Part shown: piece after piece, positions 13,950 through 56,619 of the stretch
Position numbering within the stretch: position 1 is the stretch's first letter
Layout: every line of letters starts with the position of its first letter
Assembly (NCBI GenBank): GCA_002269645.1
Contig: NIVC01003239.1
Span: 1 to 64,000 of the forward strand
DNA from: Macrostomum lignano
Taxonomy: Eukaryota
Length of the DNA: 64,000 bases
Direction of reading: 5' to 3'
Notes under the pieces: generated by a model
Told to the model about the DNA's origin: nothing
Seen by the model: only the letters and a program-made list of their open reading frames with translations
Databases searched by the model: none
Made by a program: the position numbers and the translations under genes

Positions 13950-14247
13950 TGTTGAAATTTGCTTCTTTTAATTAAGTATATTTTATCAGTTTTAACAAAA
14001 AATACAGAAGATGAAAAATTAAGCAGTTTGGGGGGGGCACTTAAAGTATTAGCGTATTTGCGATATGAACTAACAACCATAGATACATTGGTACGATACT
14101 GTATTAGATATTTATTGAACTTTCTAGAAAGGGATACATATAGCTATTTGCATTAACAATATTAATCAATATTATGTATCTGACAATTACTATATAAAGT
14201 ACTAAAAGTAAAGTACTAAAAGTACGAGCTATATACTATAAACAACA
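13950..14247 (-). repeat. 5' LTR of copia element (298 bp)
   Basis: Direct repeat of 9510-9792, plus a 14-bp internal duplication and a 1-bp indel. Confidence 0.95.
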
Positions 14248-14925
14248 ATTCATACATGCTAAAATTATTAAGATTTATTAGGATGATTTTTTCCATTTAT
14301 TGAGCTATCCTAAAGATCTTGTCCCAAATTCCCAAGGCCTAACCTGGGCCCAAGTCCTCATTCCCAGGTCCGACCTGGGCCCGACTTTGGCCATCCCGGT
14401 CGCCCCCTATGTATACATATACATTAGGGATAGCCACAACTCAATGATTGAAAAATAGAAATATATTTTTATTTTAATATAAAGCCATGTCATTTTTATC
14501 AGAAAGCATTTTATTGCATGTCCAATATTTAATTTATTAAAAATTCTCTATTTAAAACATAGCATTAATAAGTAGTACAATAAAAAAGCATAGTAAAAAC
14601 AGTAAAAACAACTAGATTTTAGTTATCTCAGATCAGGTTTACCTTACCATATATTATTTATTAATTTGATTACTTGACTATATGCCATTGATTATTACTG
14701 TATGCTAGAAATTAAAACACAAAGCCTAGGCCTATTAAAAAGATGCATAACAATGAAAGCAAATGGTTTAGGCCTATATTTAATTTTTTTACAAGCTATA
14801 AAAAATCATGGATTTTAAACTCACTGAATTCTAACTTTAATCCCTAAAATTATTTTACATGCATTTTGAAATGTGAAGTCCTACTCAAAAAACATTGATA
14901 TTAATGTACATTGGTATTAATAATA

Positions 14926-15478
14926 GGCAATCCTACACTTCCGTTCGGTAAATTATTTTGACATTGAATTTTGAACAGGCGTGGTAAATAACAATGTAAC
15001 CAAACAAAACTAAAACAGTGGAACATGGTAGCAGTCTGTTAGAGCACATAGTCACTTAGAGTGTGTCTGCAGGTCATTAAGGTGTCTACAATGGATAGTA
15101 ATGTCCAATCCAGTACAGGATAGCCCCAAATGGACATTGGGGATACAGACGACGCCAGAGAAATTCCTCAATGTGTGCATCGAAGAGAGCGTCGCTTGTG
15201 CCATGCATGTTGCGGATCTTGCGCTTCGCGTGGGCCCATGTGCCCTCCACGGTGTTGGTGTGGACATGTCTCCATGGCAATGAAGACTGGAAGATATGAG
15301 AAATTGAAGCTCAATAAAACAAGCAGCTCACAAGCAACAGCTCCCTTAAACTGACACCCCTTTAAACTCTGTTCGCTCAAACTTTTGGCCATAGACACAT
15401 TGCCAATCAAGGTCATTTGACTCAGTGGTACGAATTCAAATGTGAAAATAATTTACCGAACGGAAGTGTAGGATTGCC
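14926..15478 (-). mobile_element. Merlin (IS1016/IS1595-like) DNA transposon, internally deleted, young
   Basis: Perfect 34-bp TIRs ggcaatcctacacttccgttcggtaaattatttt. Perfect 8-bp TSD taataata. Minus-strand ORF 15086-15280, HTNTVEGTWAHAKR...GTS...EEFLWRR, matches the ISXO2-type transposase C-terminus. Confidence 0.9.
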
Positions 15479-15664
15479 TAATAATAATAGACCTGAATCT
15501 TTTCTTTTGACAAAAATGTTAAAATATAGTAGGCCTACGAAACAAAAATCTTAAGAAAATAACTACAAGCTAACATTATAAAGTGCCTCTTTCCACTAGG
15601 GCCTAAACTGTCAATGAGCATGACATTTTTTTTCATCAAAAGTAATGTGTGTCTAGGCCTATCA

Positions 15665-15730
15665 CAAAAGCAACTTGTCACTGAAATGATTTGTCACCAA
15701 AGCATCTGTCACCGAAACGACTGATACCCT
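15665..15730. mobile_element. Possible right end of a MITE with tandem tgtcac(c/t)(g/a)aa subterminal repeats
   Basis: Three gtcacYRaa units ending in gactgataccc. No matching left end found. Confidence 0.3.
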
Positions 15731-16478
15731 CTAAGGCTAAGTCAATATGAATAACTTATCTATTTTAATTATAAATTACTATGTCTGCCCTATCACAAAT
15801 ATGGTGTCAAACAAACAATCAAACAAAAACGATATTTAGGATGTCATATCACATATGGATAACATAATGATGAATTTCAGATATTGATTAGAATTGAATT
15901 AAGACCCATTTCTATTTCGTATACCTAAAGCTAAATCATAAATGGAAGAGAAGGCTAGAAATTATATTATTAGACAACTACACCGTAATTTATCTTGCAT
16001 AATATAGTCTTTCTGCAAATATGCATGTATGCTACAAAAATATTAGCTACATGTACTTTTATAATTGTATAGCCATCCATCCTCATCCTCGGTTGAAAAC
16101 AATCTTGCTTGTCTTGCTTGCTGATCTTGTAAACTTTTCACGCTTAATGTGAAAAATTTAGCATTAGATCATGTGATTGTTATTTGAATTTTTACTTTTA
16201 AAACAAAACACATTCGTACTTTACACTAAAATCGTTGCTGAAAGCTTTTACTCCAGGAAGCACTACAAAAATACCCTGCTGCAGAAAGAATTTGAAAAAA
16301 TCATCAGTGATTCACTCGAAATTTGCAAATTATTTGTCTTGAATCCTGAGCCACATGCGTCCCATGGGACCGTGTTGAATAAAAAGTAACGCCTCAGTCA
16401 CTCATCAGTTTGGTTTAAACTGCCGCGCGTCGGTGAATACGCTTACGCGATTAGGCTCTTGCTTACTATATAATTATA

Positions 16479-16538
16479 GTAATAATAATAATAATAGTAA
16501 TAATAATAATAATAATAATAATGATGATGATGATGATA
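16479..16538. repeat. (AAT)n grading into (GAT)n microsatellite
   Basis: Seen directly. Confidence 0.9.
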
Positions 16539-16784
16539 AATAAAAAAATCTTAAAAATGGCTTACGTAGAGACTATGTACATGTAAGGGCTTCCTGAGGG
16601 ACTATGCTAGTCTATGCTAAAATTAAGCAAGGACCTTTTTGTAAAGAACATCATTTTGCCTTAAAAGGCGCTAAAACCCACACTGGCTTTCCTAATCCCA
16701 GGTGGAACACATACAGTACATGCATGTACACGATTTAGGACAGAAAATTAGATAGAACACAGCCTAACAATGGGTCTACGAAAA

Positions 16785-17030
16785 TTGACTGCCAGCATTT
16801 GATTGTTGCAGTGACGTTTAACTGCCAGTGACGTTTAACTAGCAGTGACTTTTGACTGTCAGAGTGACGTTTGACGTACTGCTGCCAGTGAAGTTTAAGT
16901 GCCAAAAATTAACTGCCACAAATTAACTGCAAACCCTTAACCATGCATACCCTAACCCTAAGACCTAACCTAATCCCAAACCCCAATCTAAGCCTTAACC
17001 TAAACCTTAACCACTAGCCCTAACCTTAAA
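16785..17030. repeat. Short tandem gacgtttaactgccagt-like units followed by cctaac(c)-rich tract; probable non-autonomous TE fragment
   Basis: Repeated ~17-bp motif and repeated cctaacc. Family not identified. Confidence 0.45.
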
Positions 17031-17258
17031 TCGTTGGCATTGAATCTTTCAGCATTTAAACTCACATCCTGTTGAGTCTTTCTCGTGATTCAGTTAAGTT
17101 ATACCAACTAATCAATAAGTTCGCAGATATAATTTGAAATTAAATTAAACTCCAAGCGCAGCAGAAATCTGCGAGCTTGGAACTTTGCGCTCCGTTTATT
17201 TTTTCAAAATTAAATTTGTAGCTCAAATTTAAGAGACGTGCAACTGTCGTTTAAACTT

Positions 17259-18242
17259 TTAGGCCTGTGCACCGGCAGCTCCGGCCTCTTTCTGATCGGC
17301 TTTCGTTTCATTCTTGGAATCCTTGGAATCAAATTTAGCGCTGATGTCGGTATCGCGCTGCTCCCGGCCGCCAGGCCTGATTGGGGCCAGCCAGCACTTG
17401 CTGGACTCGTGGTGCGCCATCCTCTGCAGCTTGCACTCGCTCCTAGTGCACCAAGCCTGGGGCGGCTCGCACGAGCAGAGCTCGAAATGCCGGCCGGCCA
17501 CCTGAATGCCCTGGTTCATCGGAATTTTGCAGTTCTGGCAAGCGAAGCAGGATCTGTGATAGATACGGCCGATTGCGGCCACAACGTATCTGACTGTACC
17601 GGTGGCCGCCTTGCTGCAGACCGGGCAGACCATTTTTTCCAGGCTGCCCTTTGAAGCGTCGTACGGCACCGCCGTCACCAGCGGATTTCGCTTGTCTGGC
17701 AGCCGGGCCATCTGTCGTTCGTAATACGCGCGCCTCAGCTGCCGACGCCCGTCGGCTTTTTCGCGAAACAAGGATCGATCCTTGCGTCGGTATTCCTGTA
17801 GCACATCGGTCGTCGAGGCAGTCGCCGAAGCTGCTGGAGCCGCAGCAGCCGCCGGTGCCGCATTGTTTGCAGAATGGTTGGCGTTTGCCGGATCAATCAG
17901 TCCGTTTGGATCGTCAAATTTGATCCGGAAGGTGGGCTGTCGCGGGTAGCCGAAGTTCACCAGGCAGTCATGACAGAGCACAAGGCCGTCGATGCACACC
18001 AGCCGCTGGGGAGCGCAGGCGTTTGACTTCCGGCAGGAATTGCAATTGGCACAGAAGTAGCACAGCTTGGTGCCATTGGCGATCATCACGTGCCAGTCCG
18101 TATTCTGGTTAATCAACTCGCCGCATGCACATGAAACACTCACGTTGTTCTTCATGTCCGGATTGTTATTGACGATGCGAACAGAATTCTGAAGGCTGTA
18201 CTCCCGCATGCCCCAGGTGTCCTCTATGCTCTGCTTGTTCAT
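17259..18242 (-). CDS. Intronless LIM-type zinc-finger protein (~327 aa from the ATG at 18242; ORF open to 18356)
   Basis: C-terminal CPVC-x19-HRSCFACQNC fits the LIM pattern. The N-terminal Cys-rich block ends IDGLVLCHDC like a second, degenerate LIM. Ala-rich linker, GC-rich coding-like composition, TAA stop at 17259-17261. Confidence 0.8.
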   Translation of the reverse strand: MNKQSIEDTWGMREYSLQNSVRIVNNNPDMKNNVSVSCACGELINQNTDWHVMIANGTKLCYFCANCNSCRKSNACAPQRLVCIDGLVLCHDCLVNFGYPRQPTFRIKFDDPNGLIDPANANHSANNAAPAAAAAPAASATASTTDVLQEYRRKDRSLFREKADGRRQLRRAYYERQMARLPDKRNPLVTAVPYDASKGSLEKMVCPVCSKAATGTVRYVVAAIGRIYHRSCFACQNCKIPMNQGIQVAGRHFELCSCEPPQAWCTRSECKLQRMAHHESSKCWLAPIRPGGREQRDTDISAKFDSKDSKNETKADQKEAGAAGAQA

Positions 18243-19688
18243 TGTCGTGGTGCGCGTCGAATTCGGTGCCCTATGCGCCTTTGTCAGCCGCTTTTCACAG
18301 TTGTTAGCCTGGGTGGAACAAAGCACTAAGCCGCAAATATGAGCCGCGCGATGCACCGCTTTCGATCGTCAATTCTATATGCATGTACCAATTTTGCATG
18401 TCTATGGCGAAATGCAACCGAAGTCAATTATACCCCATAGACCATTATACTTGGGCCGAAACTATTCGGCTTGTTTGTGAAACTAAGAAAGCAATTTAAA
18501 TGTTCAGTGCTGCCGCGGTGTACAAACAAGCATTTGTTATTTTGAGCTCCAAAGCAAAACATGAAGACGCGACGTTGGCGAAAGCGAAAGCATTAGCGAG
18601 ACCTCAATCGTATTTTCTATTGAAAGGCTCCTAAAATGAGGATAAAAAAGAAGAAAAAAAGAACTGCGCAAAAACACTGCCTGCTGAGCAGCGCGGCTGG
18701 AAAGAATACCTCCCTGCCGCCGGACGGGTGGGCGCCCACCTAGCCAGCACGAAAGAGAACGTACTGGTACACACGCGGCGGGGGCGTACAGAAAGAGGGT
18801 GCCTGGGCACTAAAGCCGGTTTGCTCAAGGCAAGCCTAGCGCAAACCGCAGCCTTGTCATTGTGCTTTATAATTTGTAGTGGTGCAAATGAAATAACCAA
18901 CGGTTTTTTGTTAGTGAACGATCCAACAGTTGCTGCATGGTTCCGGAAATGAAATCACTACTTTTGAGCTGCTACTCGTATATGCATTGTGCAGCAGCCG
19001 AATCGCTAAAAAACTCAAACGGAGAGTTAGAGCGTGAGTCTGATTAGAACAGAAAAATATCATATTATTGTTCAATCTGCAGTGGGCGGGCACAGGATCT
19101 CGGAACTATAAATACCTCCTAGAACTCGGCGAGCTGCCCACGCAATCTCTTCCTCCGATCCTGCCCCGTTCCCCCACTGCGGGAAATTCAGGAAATTAGC
19201 TGCACAGAAAGCAGGAAACGCCGACAAGATGCAGCAGTCAGATGGAGCACAGAAGAGAGAGATTGAAGCTCTTGGGAGTTGAGACGGGAAAATTAAAAAA
19301 GGCTGGCAGTGAGAAAAGTAAATAAGCGGGACTGAATGATAGGCCATGGACTGCTGTATGCATATAGCGGGTGCGGAGTCTGGAGCTCAGGAACAATATC
19401 TTCTATTTCATAGCATCTGTGTCGATTTTACTTTTAGTAAGCTTTGATCTTTGTTGCCCCCAGTTCATCTTTGTGCCCCGGTCTTAAGAAACCCATGTTG
19501 TATCAGCAGCAGCGAGTTCAGGAAATACAGTCCTAAATTTAAAGTTTACACTTTTTATTAAGATTGGTATTGTAATACAATGCATAATTCGAACGTATAG
19601 CAGAATTAAAAAGTAACTAGCTGTTTTTATCAACGTGCAACAAAGAATTTCGAATTTTTAGTTCTGTTTAGGCATTGTAACCTAGTAA

Positions 19689-19855
19689 GGGGTTGTAGCC
19701 TAAGCATGGTTAGAGCGTCAGACTCATGACTTGAAGGTCGGGGGTTCGGTCTCGACCCAGTGGGAACAATTTGTGTCCTTGAGCAAGACACTTAACTCTG
19801 AATTTCTTAATTCATTTCACCCAGCTGTAAAATGGGTGCCAGCATTGGGTAATTG

Positions 19856-19910
<55 letters not shown>

Positions 19911-20028
19911 CGACCAACAGCCGTACGCAGCCTTCAGATGCGCCGCGCAATAGCTGTGGCTGAGCTGTCGGTTGCACATCTGCCCATTAGGGTAGTTTTC
20001 ATCTATTATTATTGTTATTATTATTATT
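19689..20028 (+). mobile_element. tRNA-derived SINE with central conserved-domain-like core, internal (GT)n and (ATT)n tail
   Basis: Head gcgtcagactcatgacttgaaggtcg...ggttcg resembles tRNA-Met(CAT)/Lys with A and B boxes. Core ttgtgtccttgagcaagacacttaac...cacccagctgtaaaatgggt. (GT)~24 at 19860-19908. attattatt tail. Confidence 0.7.
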
Positions 20029-20419
20029 AATAGTCAAAGTGCCACAGCTGGAATGCTATAGTGCTTTAATATTTTTGTAGTTTTTCTTCAGCTCTTGGCT
20101 TTATTATATATTAAAACACCAGTCAGTCCAAACTACATGTAGCAATCAGCCAAGCCCACGGCAAAAGCAACACCCCTTCTTCCATGTTGAATTGTACTTG
20201 CTAGAAAGTAAGAACGCGACTCGTTAGCCGATTGGCTGTTTGTGATGGGCACACTTTAAATTTGTTTACTCCGGATCAGCTGTCTATGGTCCGAAGCTTC
20301 ACCTCAAAAATAATAAAAAATCCTTCAAAAATGAATTGAAATTCTTGCCTAGTTGCAAGCTATTATTCCTCAGGCTAAAATCGCTAGAAGTTTGGCGTGA
20401 AAAACAGTTCCAAAACGAC

Positions 20420-20839
20420 ATGCAGGCAGCTACGGGAAGCGCACTATTCGTCGAATGCAAACTGGGCGATCTGCTGAATATTGACGAGTCTCAATTTAGC
20501 CTGGACAGCCTTGAAAGTGTGTACGAGTGCTTCGTTCGCGAGCAGATGGGCCCCATAGTGCTACTCAGCTCTGTCGCCGCCACCCTAATGGTAAACGCGA
20601 TGCTCTACTGTCTAGGCAGCTTCATGGACCGGGCCAAGGACCGCGAGGATTTCTACGCTTCCAGACTGCGCGATCGGCACGTGAAAAGCCGCCACGTGGC
20701 CACCATCCTGCTGCCGTCCGTGCCCGGCGCCAACGCGGCCGCGGCAGCCGCCGCTGCGACCGCAGCTGTCGCTGGCGGCAATCGAACCGGCGGCCAAATC
20801 TCGGGCAGCTCGCAGGAGCAAATCCTCCGTGATGGCTAG
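20420..20839 (+). CDS. Hypothetical single-pass membrane protein (~139 aa), no family recognised
   Basis: ATG in aaaacgacATG context, GC-rich codon usage like neighbouring genes, hydrophobic segment IVLLSSVAATLMVNAMLYCLG, poly-Ala tail, TAG stop. Confidence 0.6.
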   Translation: MQAATGSALFVECKLGDLLNIDESQFSLDSLESVYECFVREQMGPIVLLSSVAATLMVNAMLYCLGSFMDRAKDREDFYASRLRDRHVKSRHVATILLPSVPGANAAAAAAAATAAVAGGNRTGGQISGSSQEQILRDG

Positions 20840-20953
20840 TTGGCGCTGCTGGCGACGGTTTAAACTTGCATCCTGACTGCGCAATATTGGCTGCCTTCCT
20901 TGCCAAAAGCAATTGTTTTGTCAAATAGTAAAATTGTTGCGATTCATCTCTAG

Positions 20954-22277
<1,324 letters not shown>

Positions 22278-22736
22278 TAATAATATTGGCATACCGGAAT
22301 ACTCCAGAAAACTTCATTTTAATTCCAGTTTGATGGGCAGGCCAATCAACTAAAACAGTCATCTTCGTAATAACCGCATTTATTCGATGCTATGCAAATT
22401 TATTGCACTCAATTAATTGGGCTCAGAGATATGCAGTACCACAGAGTCCTTTGCCCTTTGATTATCGGCTCCTGGATGAGAACTGAATGAGGGCAAGTGT
22501 CTTTCAGAGAGAAGGTTAGGAAGGCCACCGTAACGATAATTAGAGTCGCCCCTGTTCTCCTACTCTCTTCCCTTCCCCTCATTTTTCATCCCAACTGAGC
22601 AGCAATGGGATACGCTCGGATTGGTCGCCGGGGGAGAATAAATGCTCCTCAATTTCTATCAGATATTCGAAGCTTGCTCTGCATCCCCCTTGCATCCCGC
22701 TACAGTGGTCTCGGCCTTCTGCAGTTACCAGCACCG

Positions 22737-53638
<30,902 letters not shown>

Positions 53639-54451
53639 TCATCTAAAGTACACCGCGTACTATAGTCATTAGGACAGCCAGGGGTACAGTAAATTTGGTG
53701 TAACACATTTACGTTGAATTCTATTGATAAACATGCATATATGTATTACATACTCGGATTACCATACTGTACGCATGTGTTTTTGAGATCTGAAATCCGC
53801 CGTATTTCTTTTGTTTATTTTCATTGATTGAGCGCTTTTAAATTTGCGGTGAAAATTAACGTGCTGTCTGTTATGATAAGACGTCACGAAATTATGATTT
53901 CTTGCTAAGACTTACATGTACGAGTGTATATATATTCAATGCAATGTAATTATTTTAGGGAGATAAACTTTTTAGCCATATAATGATTTTTATTATCGTG
54001 TTTGAAAAATGACTTTGACAGCTAAATTTATAGTACGTTTACAATTATGATGCGTCTCAATGTACTACATAATTACATCAGATTTTATTTCCGGCAAATG
54101 AAACAAAAATTGGCACAATTTTTATATCATTTGAAATTATTTGGCAAAATGGCGAGAAAAAGCTGCTATTTAGCACATGTTCATGCAGAGTCTTTAAAGC
54201 CTATGGATAATGAAAGGTACGTTAGGTAGCGTCTAGAGCACTATATATAGAATTTTTATCTAAATTGCATTTTTTATTTTGTCAGAGCGCGGTAATTTTT
54301 TGTACGTTGTAAGGGCAAATCCGGGCAGTCACCATGTATTGAAAACTTTCCACTTGATGATTGTTCAGTTTTTATAATATACATGTAGATGTAATGCTTG
54401 ATATCTAGTGTTACTATTCATGTCGAGTCCATGTACATCATCCGCTTAAGG

Positions 54452-54761
54452 CAGGTCGGCAAACTCCGGCCTGCTGCCAGCGAAGCTAATTCTCTATCCG
54501 GCTCTCGGGTCCTTTGAAACTTAACAATTAGCAATCAGGCCTGCTCAATGTTTGTGTCTCTTCTTCTCTCCTCTCTTCCTTCTCTCCTCTCTCCCTCTCC
54601 TCTCTCCTCTCTCCATCTATTCCCTCGCTTCTACTTTCTCTTATCTATCTTCAGCTATTTTCTCTTTTCCCTCTCAGCTCTCTCTTTTTCTTTGGCTCGC
54701 AGTCATGCGCTAGGTTCTCTTTCTGGCCCCCGAGGTAAAAAAATTGCCATCCCGGCCCCCG
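54452..54761 (+). mobile_element. hAT (Charlie-like) MITE
   Basis: caggtcggcaaactccggcc ... aaattgcc...ccccg. 8-bp TSD gcttaagg / gcttaaag. Same family as the copy at 25693. Confidence 0.75.
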
Positions 54762-54945
54762 GCTTAAAGGTTTCGAATCAGCAGAACTTCGTACAGAAAA
54801 GAAGCAAAAAATATTTCTGTAAGTTTATTACCTATCTATTTAGAACGTAATATTTGAATACCGGTATAAGAACTGAGTGTACAAAAATTATTCAATGACT
54901 TACTTTGAAATTGCTTACGTCTGTTGAGTGTCGAGTGTCGAGTAG

Positions 54946-55214
54946 GGGCCTTTTCATATTGCTTGTTCTGGTTCCAGAACCAGAACCAATTTGTGAAGTA
55001 TAACTTTTTGTCTCCATAACTAGAGGGAAATACGTGCTATAAAGTTTTTATTTTTGAATGACAATCGCCAAGAAGAAAGTGAAAAATTGTGCTAAGTGAG
55101 GTTGTTAAGGCAGTCAAACATACAACAGAATTAAATAGTTATACTGCTGCTTTTCTTGGAAGATCCGAACCGATTCTGGATTCTGATTCTGGAATTGGTA
55201 ATATGAAAAGCCTC
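54946..55214. mobile_element. PIF/Harbinger (Tourist-like) MITE
   Basis: TIRs gggccttttcatatt / aatatgaaaagcctc (13/15). 3-bp TSD TAG. Subterminal ccagaa/ttctgg repeats. Confidence 0.7.
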
Positions 55215-56619
55215 TAGTAGCCAGTCCGGCCGTATCTAAGAGCCCATTATAACATTCAGTACTTTGCGAGTTGTCAAAGCGGAAGTAAATATGATTTTAT
55301 TTTAGTTTTTGCTAGCTTTTATAAAATCAAGAATTTTAGAGGCAAAATGTTTTAGGATTCAGGAGTTTTTGATATACGGTTCAAATATTATGCAGATTTC
55401 AATCTTCAGATTTTATAGGAAATGCTGCAAGTAGATCGATCAATAAGCAGATCAATAAATTGCACAATTTTTCAGCACGTTCAGTTAACTGAAAATATAT
55501 TCATCTGGGGGCACTTTTTATCTCTATTCCACCGTGACTATTTCATTGAGTCTAAACCGTACGATTCTTTAAAATACAGGTGTACAGCCAGTACAGGTAC
55601 AGGTATAGATAATAAAATTAAAATACAGTTATAGTAGATCTGTCATATATATATTAGATGATGAAAAAAGATAGGCCTAAGACAAAATTCCCTTCATTTA
55701 TCTGTGACTCAGCATATGTGGCTCCATTTCCATTGTATTGAATATTAAACCCTTAGGCCCTACTCAGAACAGCTTAGGAAGCTAAAAATTGAGTTGAGGT
55801 CAATCTCTTTAGTATAATTCTAGCTAGTGCTTGTGGTCTGTTGTTGTTAGATTTTTAGATTTGTGTTAGGTTTACTGGTATCTGAATCTGATAAACTGAT
55901 TTTTGCTCTATTGTGCCTCTTTTTATCATAATCTTGTGTATTCCATTCAATAAATACCTAACATACACCAAAATTCTCTCTATTTAATTGGTGTGTATCA
56001 CATGTATTATCAGATATCTTTTCTGCTCAAAAGATTTGGTATAATTATAAGAAGCTTCTAAACTTATAGAATGAGACTTATAGAATGTCTTAAAAGTTAC
56101 TATTAGCCTATTAAATTTTAAAATACTAATTAATAAGTACAATAGTATTTAGTATTATATAAATTGTAGTATATAATAACAAATTGAGCAATTGTTATCT
56201 TTTTTGAATTACCCATCTAACATAATTTTAAGTTTATATTTCTAATAATAGCTAAAATAGTTAAAAAATAGTTTATATCATCAATATAACAGTACAACTT
56301 AAATTAAATTAGGTAGGTTGATCCTATAGGTCAAATTTCAATGAGAGTGCTAGAGACTTTGTATGTATCTTGGCAAAATAGTTTGGCACCTTTTATCATT
56401 TTTAGCAGTATCTTCTTCTCTCTAAGTTAAAGGCAACTGTTCAGCACCCATTCCTTGTGTCACTATTATTATACTTTATTTTTTACCTTATTCAATTATT
56501 TCTTGAATCATTAGGAACCTCATCATAGACTGGAATGAATGGAGATTCATTAATTCTCAATTTCTGATACCAATTTATTGCTGCTATGCTTGTAAGCTTT
56601 GTTTTCCTGCTGTGCTGGA

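Larger units (their letters stand above)
9510..14247 (-). mobile_element. Ty1/copia LTR retrotransposon, full length, degenerate
   Basis: TG...CA LTRs at 9510-9792 and 13950-14247. 5-bp TSD atcca/attca. PBS GGTTATGGGCC next to the 5' LTR (13939-13949, minus), of the copia half-tRNAiMet type. PPT agtaggag at 9793-9800. Order gag-PR-INT-RT-RH. Confidence 0.97.
9261..14407. mobile_element. GG-terminated non-autonomous DNA element (MITE) interrupted by the copia insertion
   Basis: Termini gggggcaacccagtccc... and ...cccggtcgccccc, with repeated gggccc/cccgg subterminal motifs. 8-bp flanks aatgtata / tatgtata (7/8). Superfamily uncertain. Confidence 0.65.

Noticed and set aside
19689-19765. Functional tRNA-Met gene
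   Set aside because: Acceptor and anticodon stems pair poorly, and the sequence continues into a SINE core and tail.
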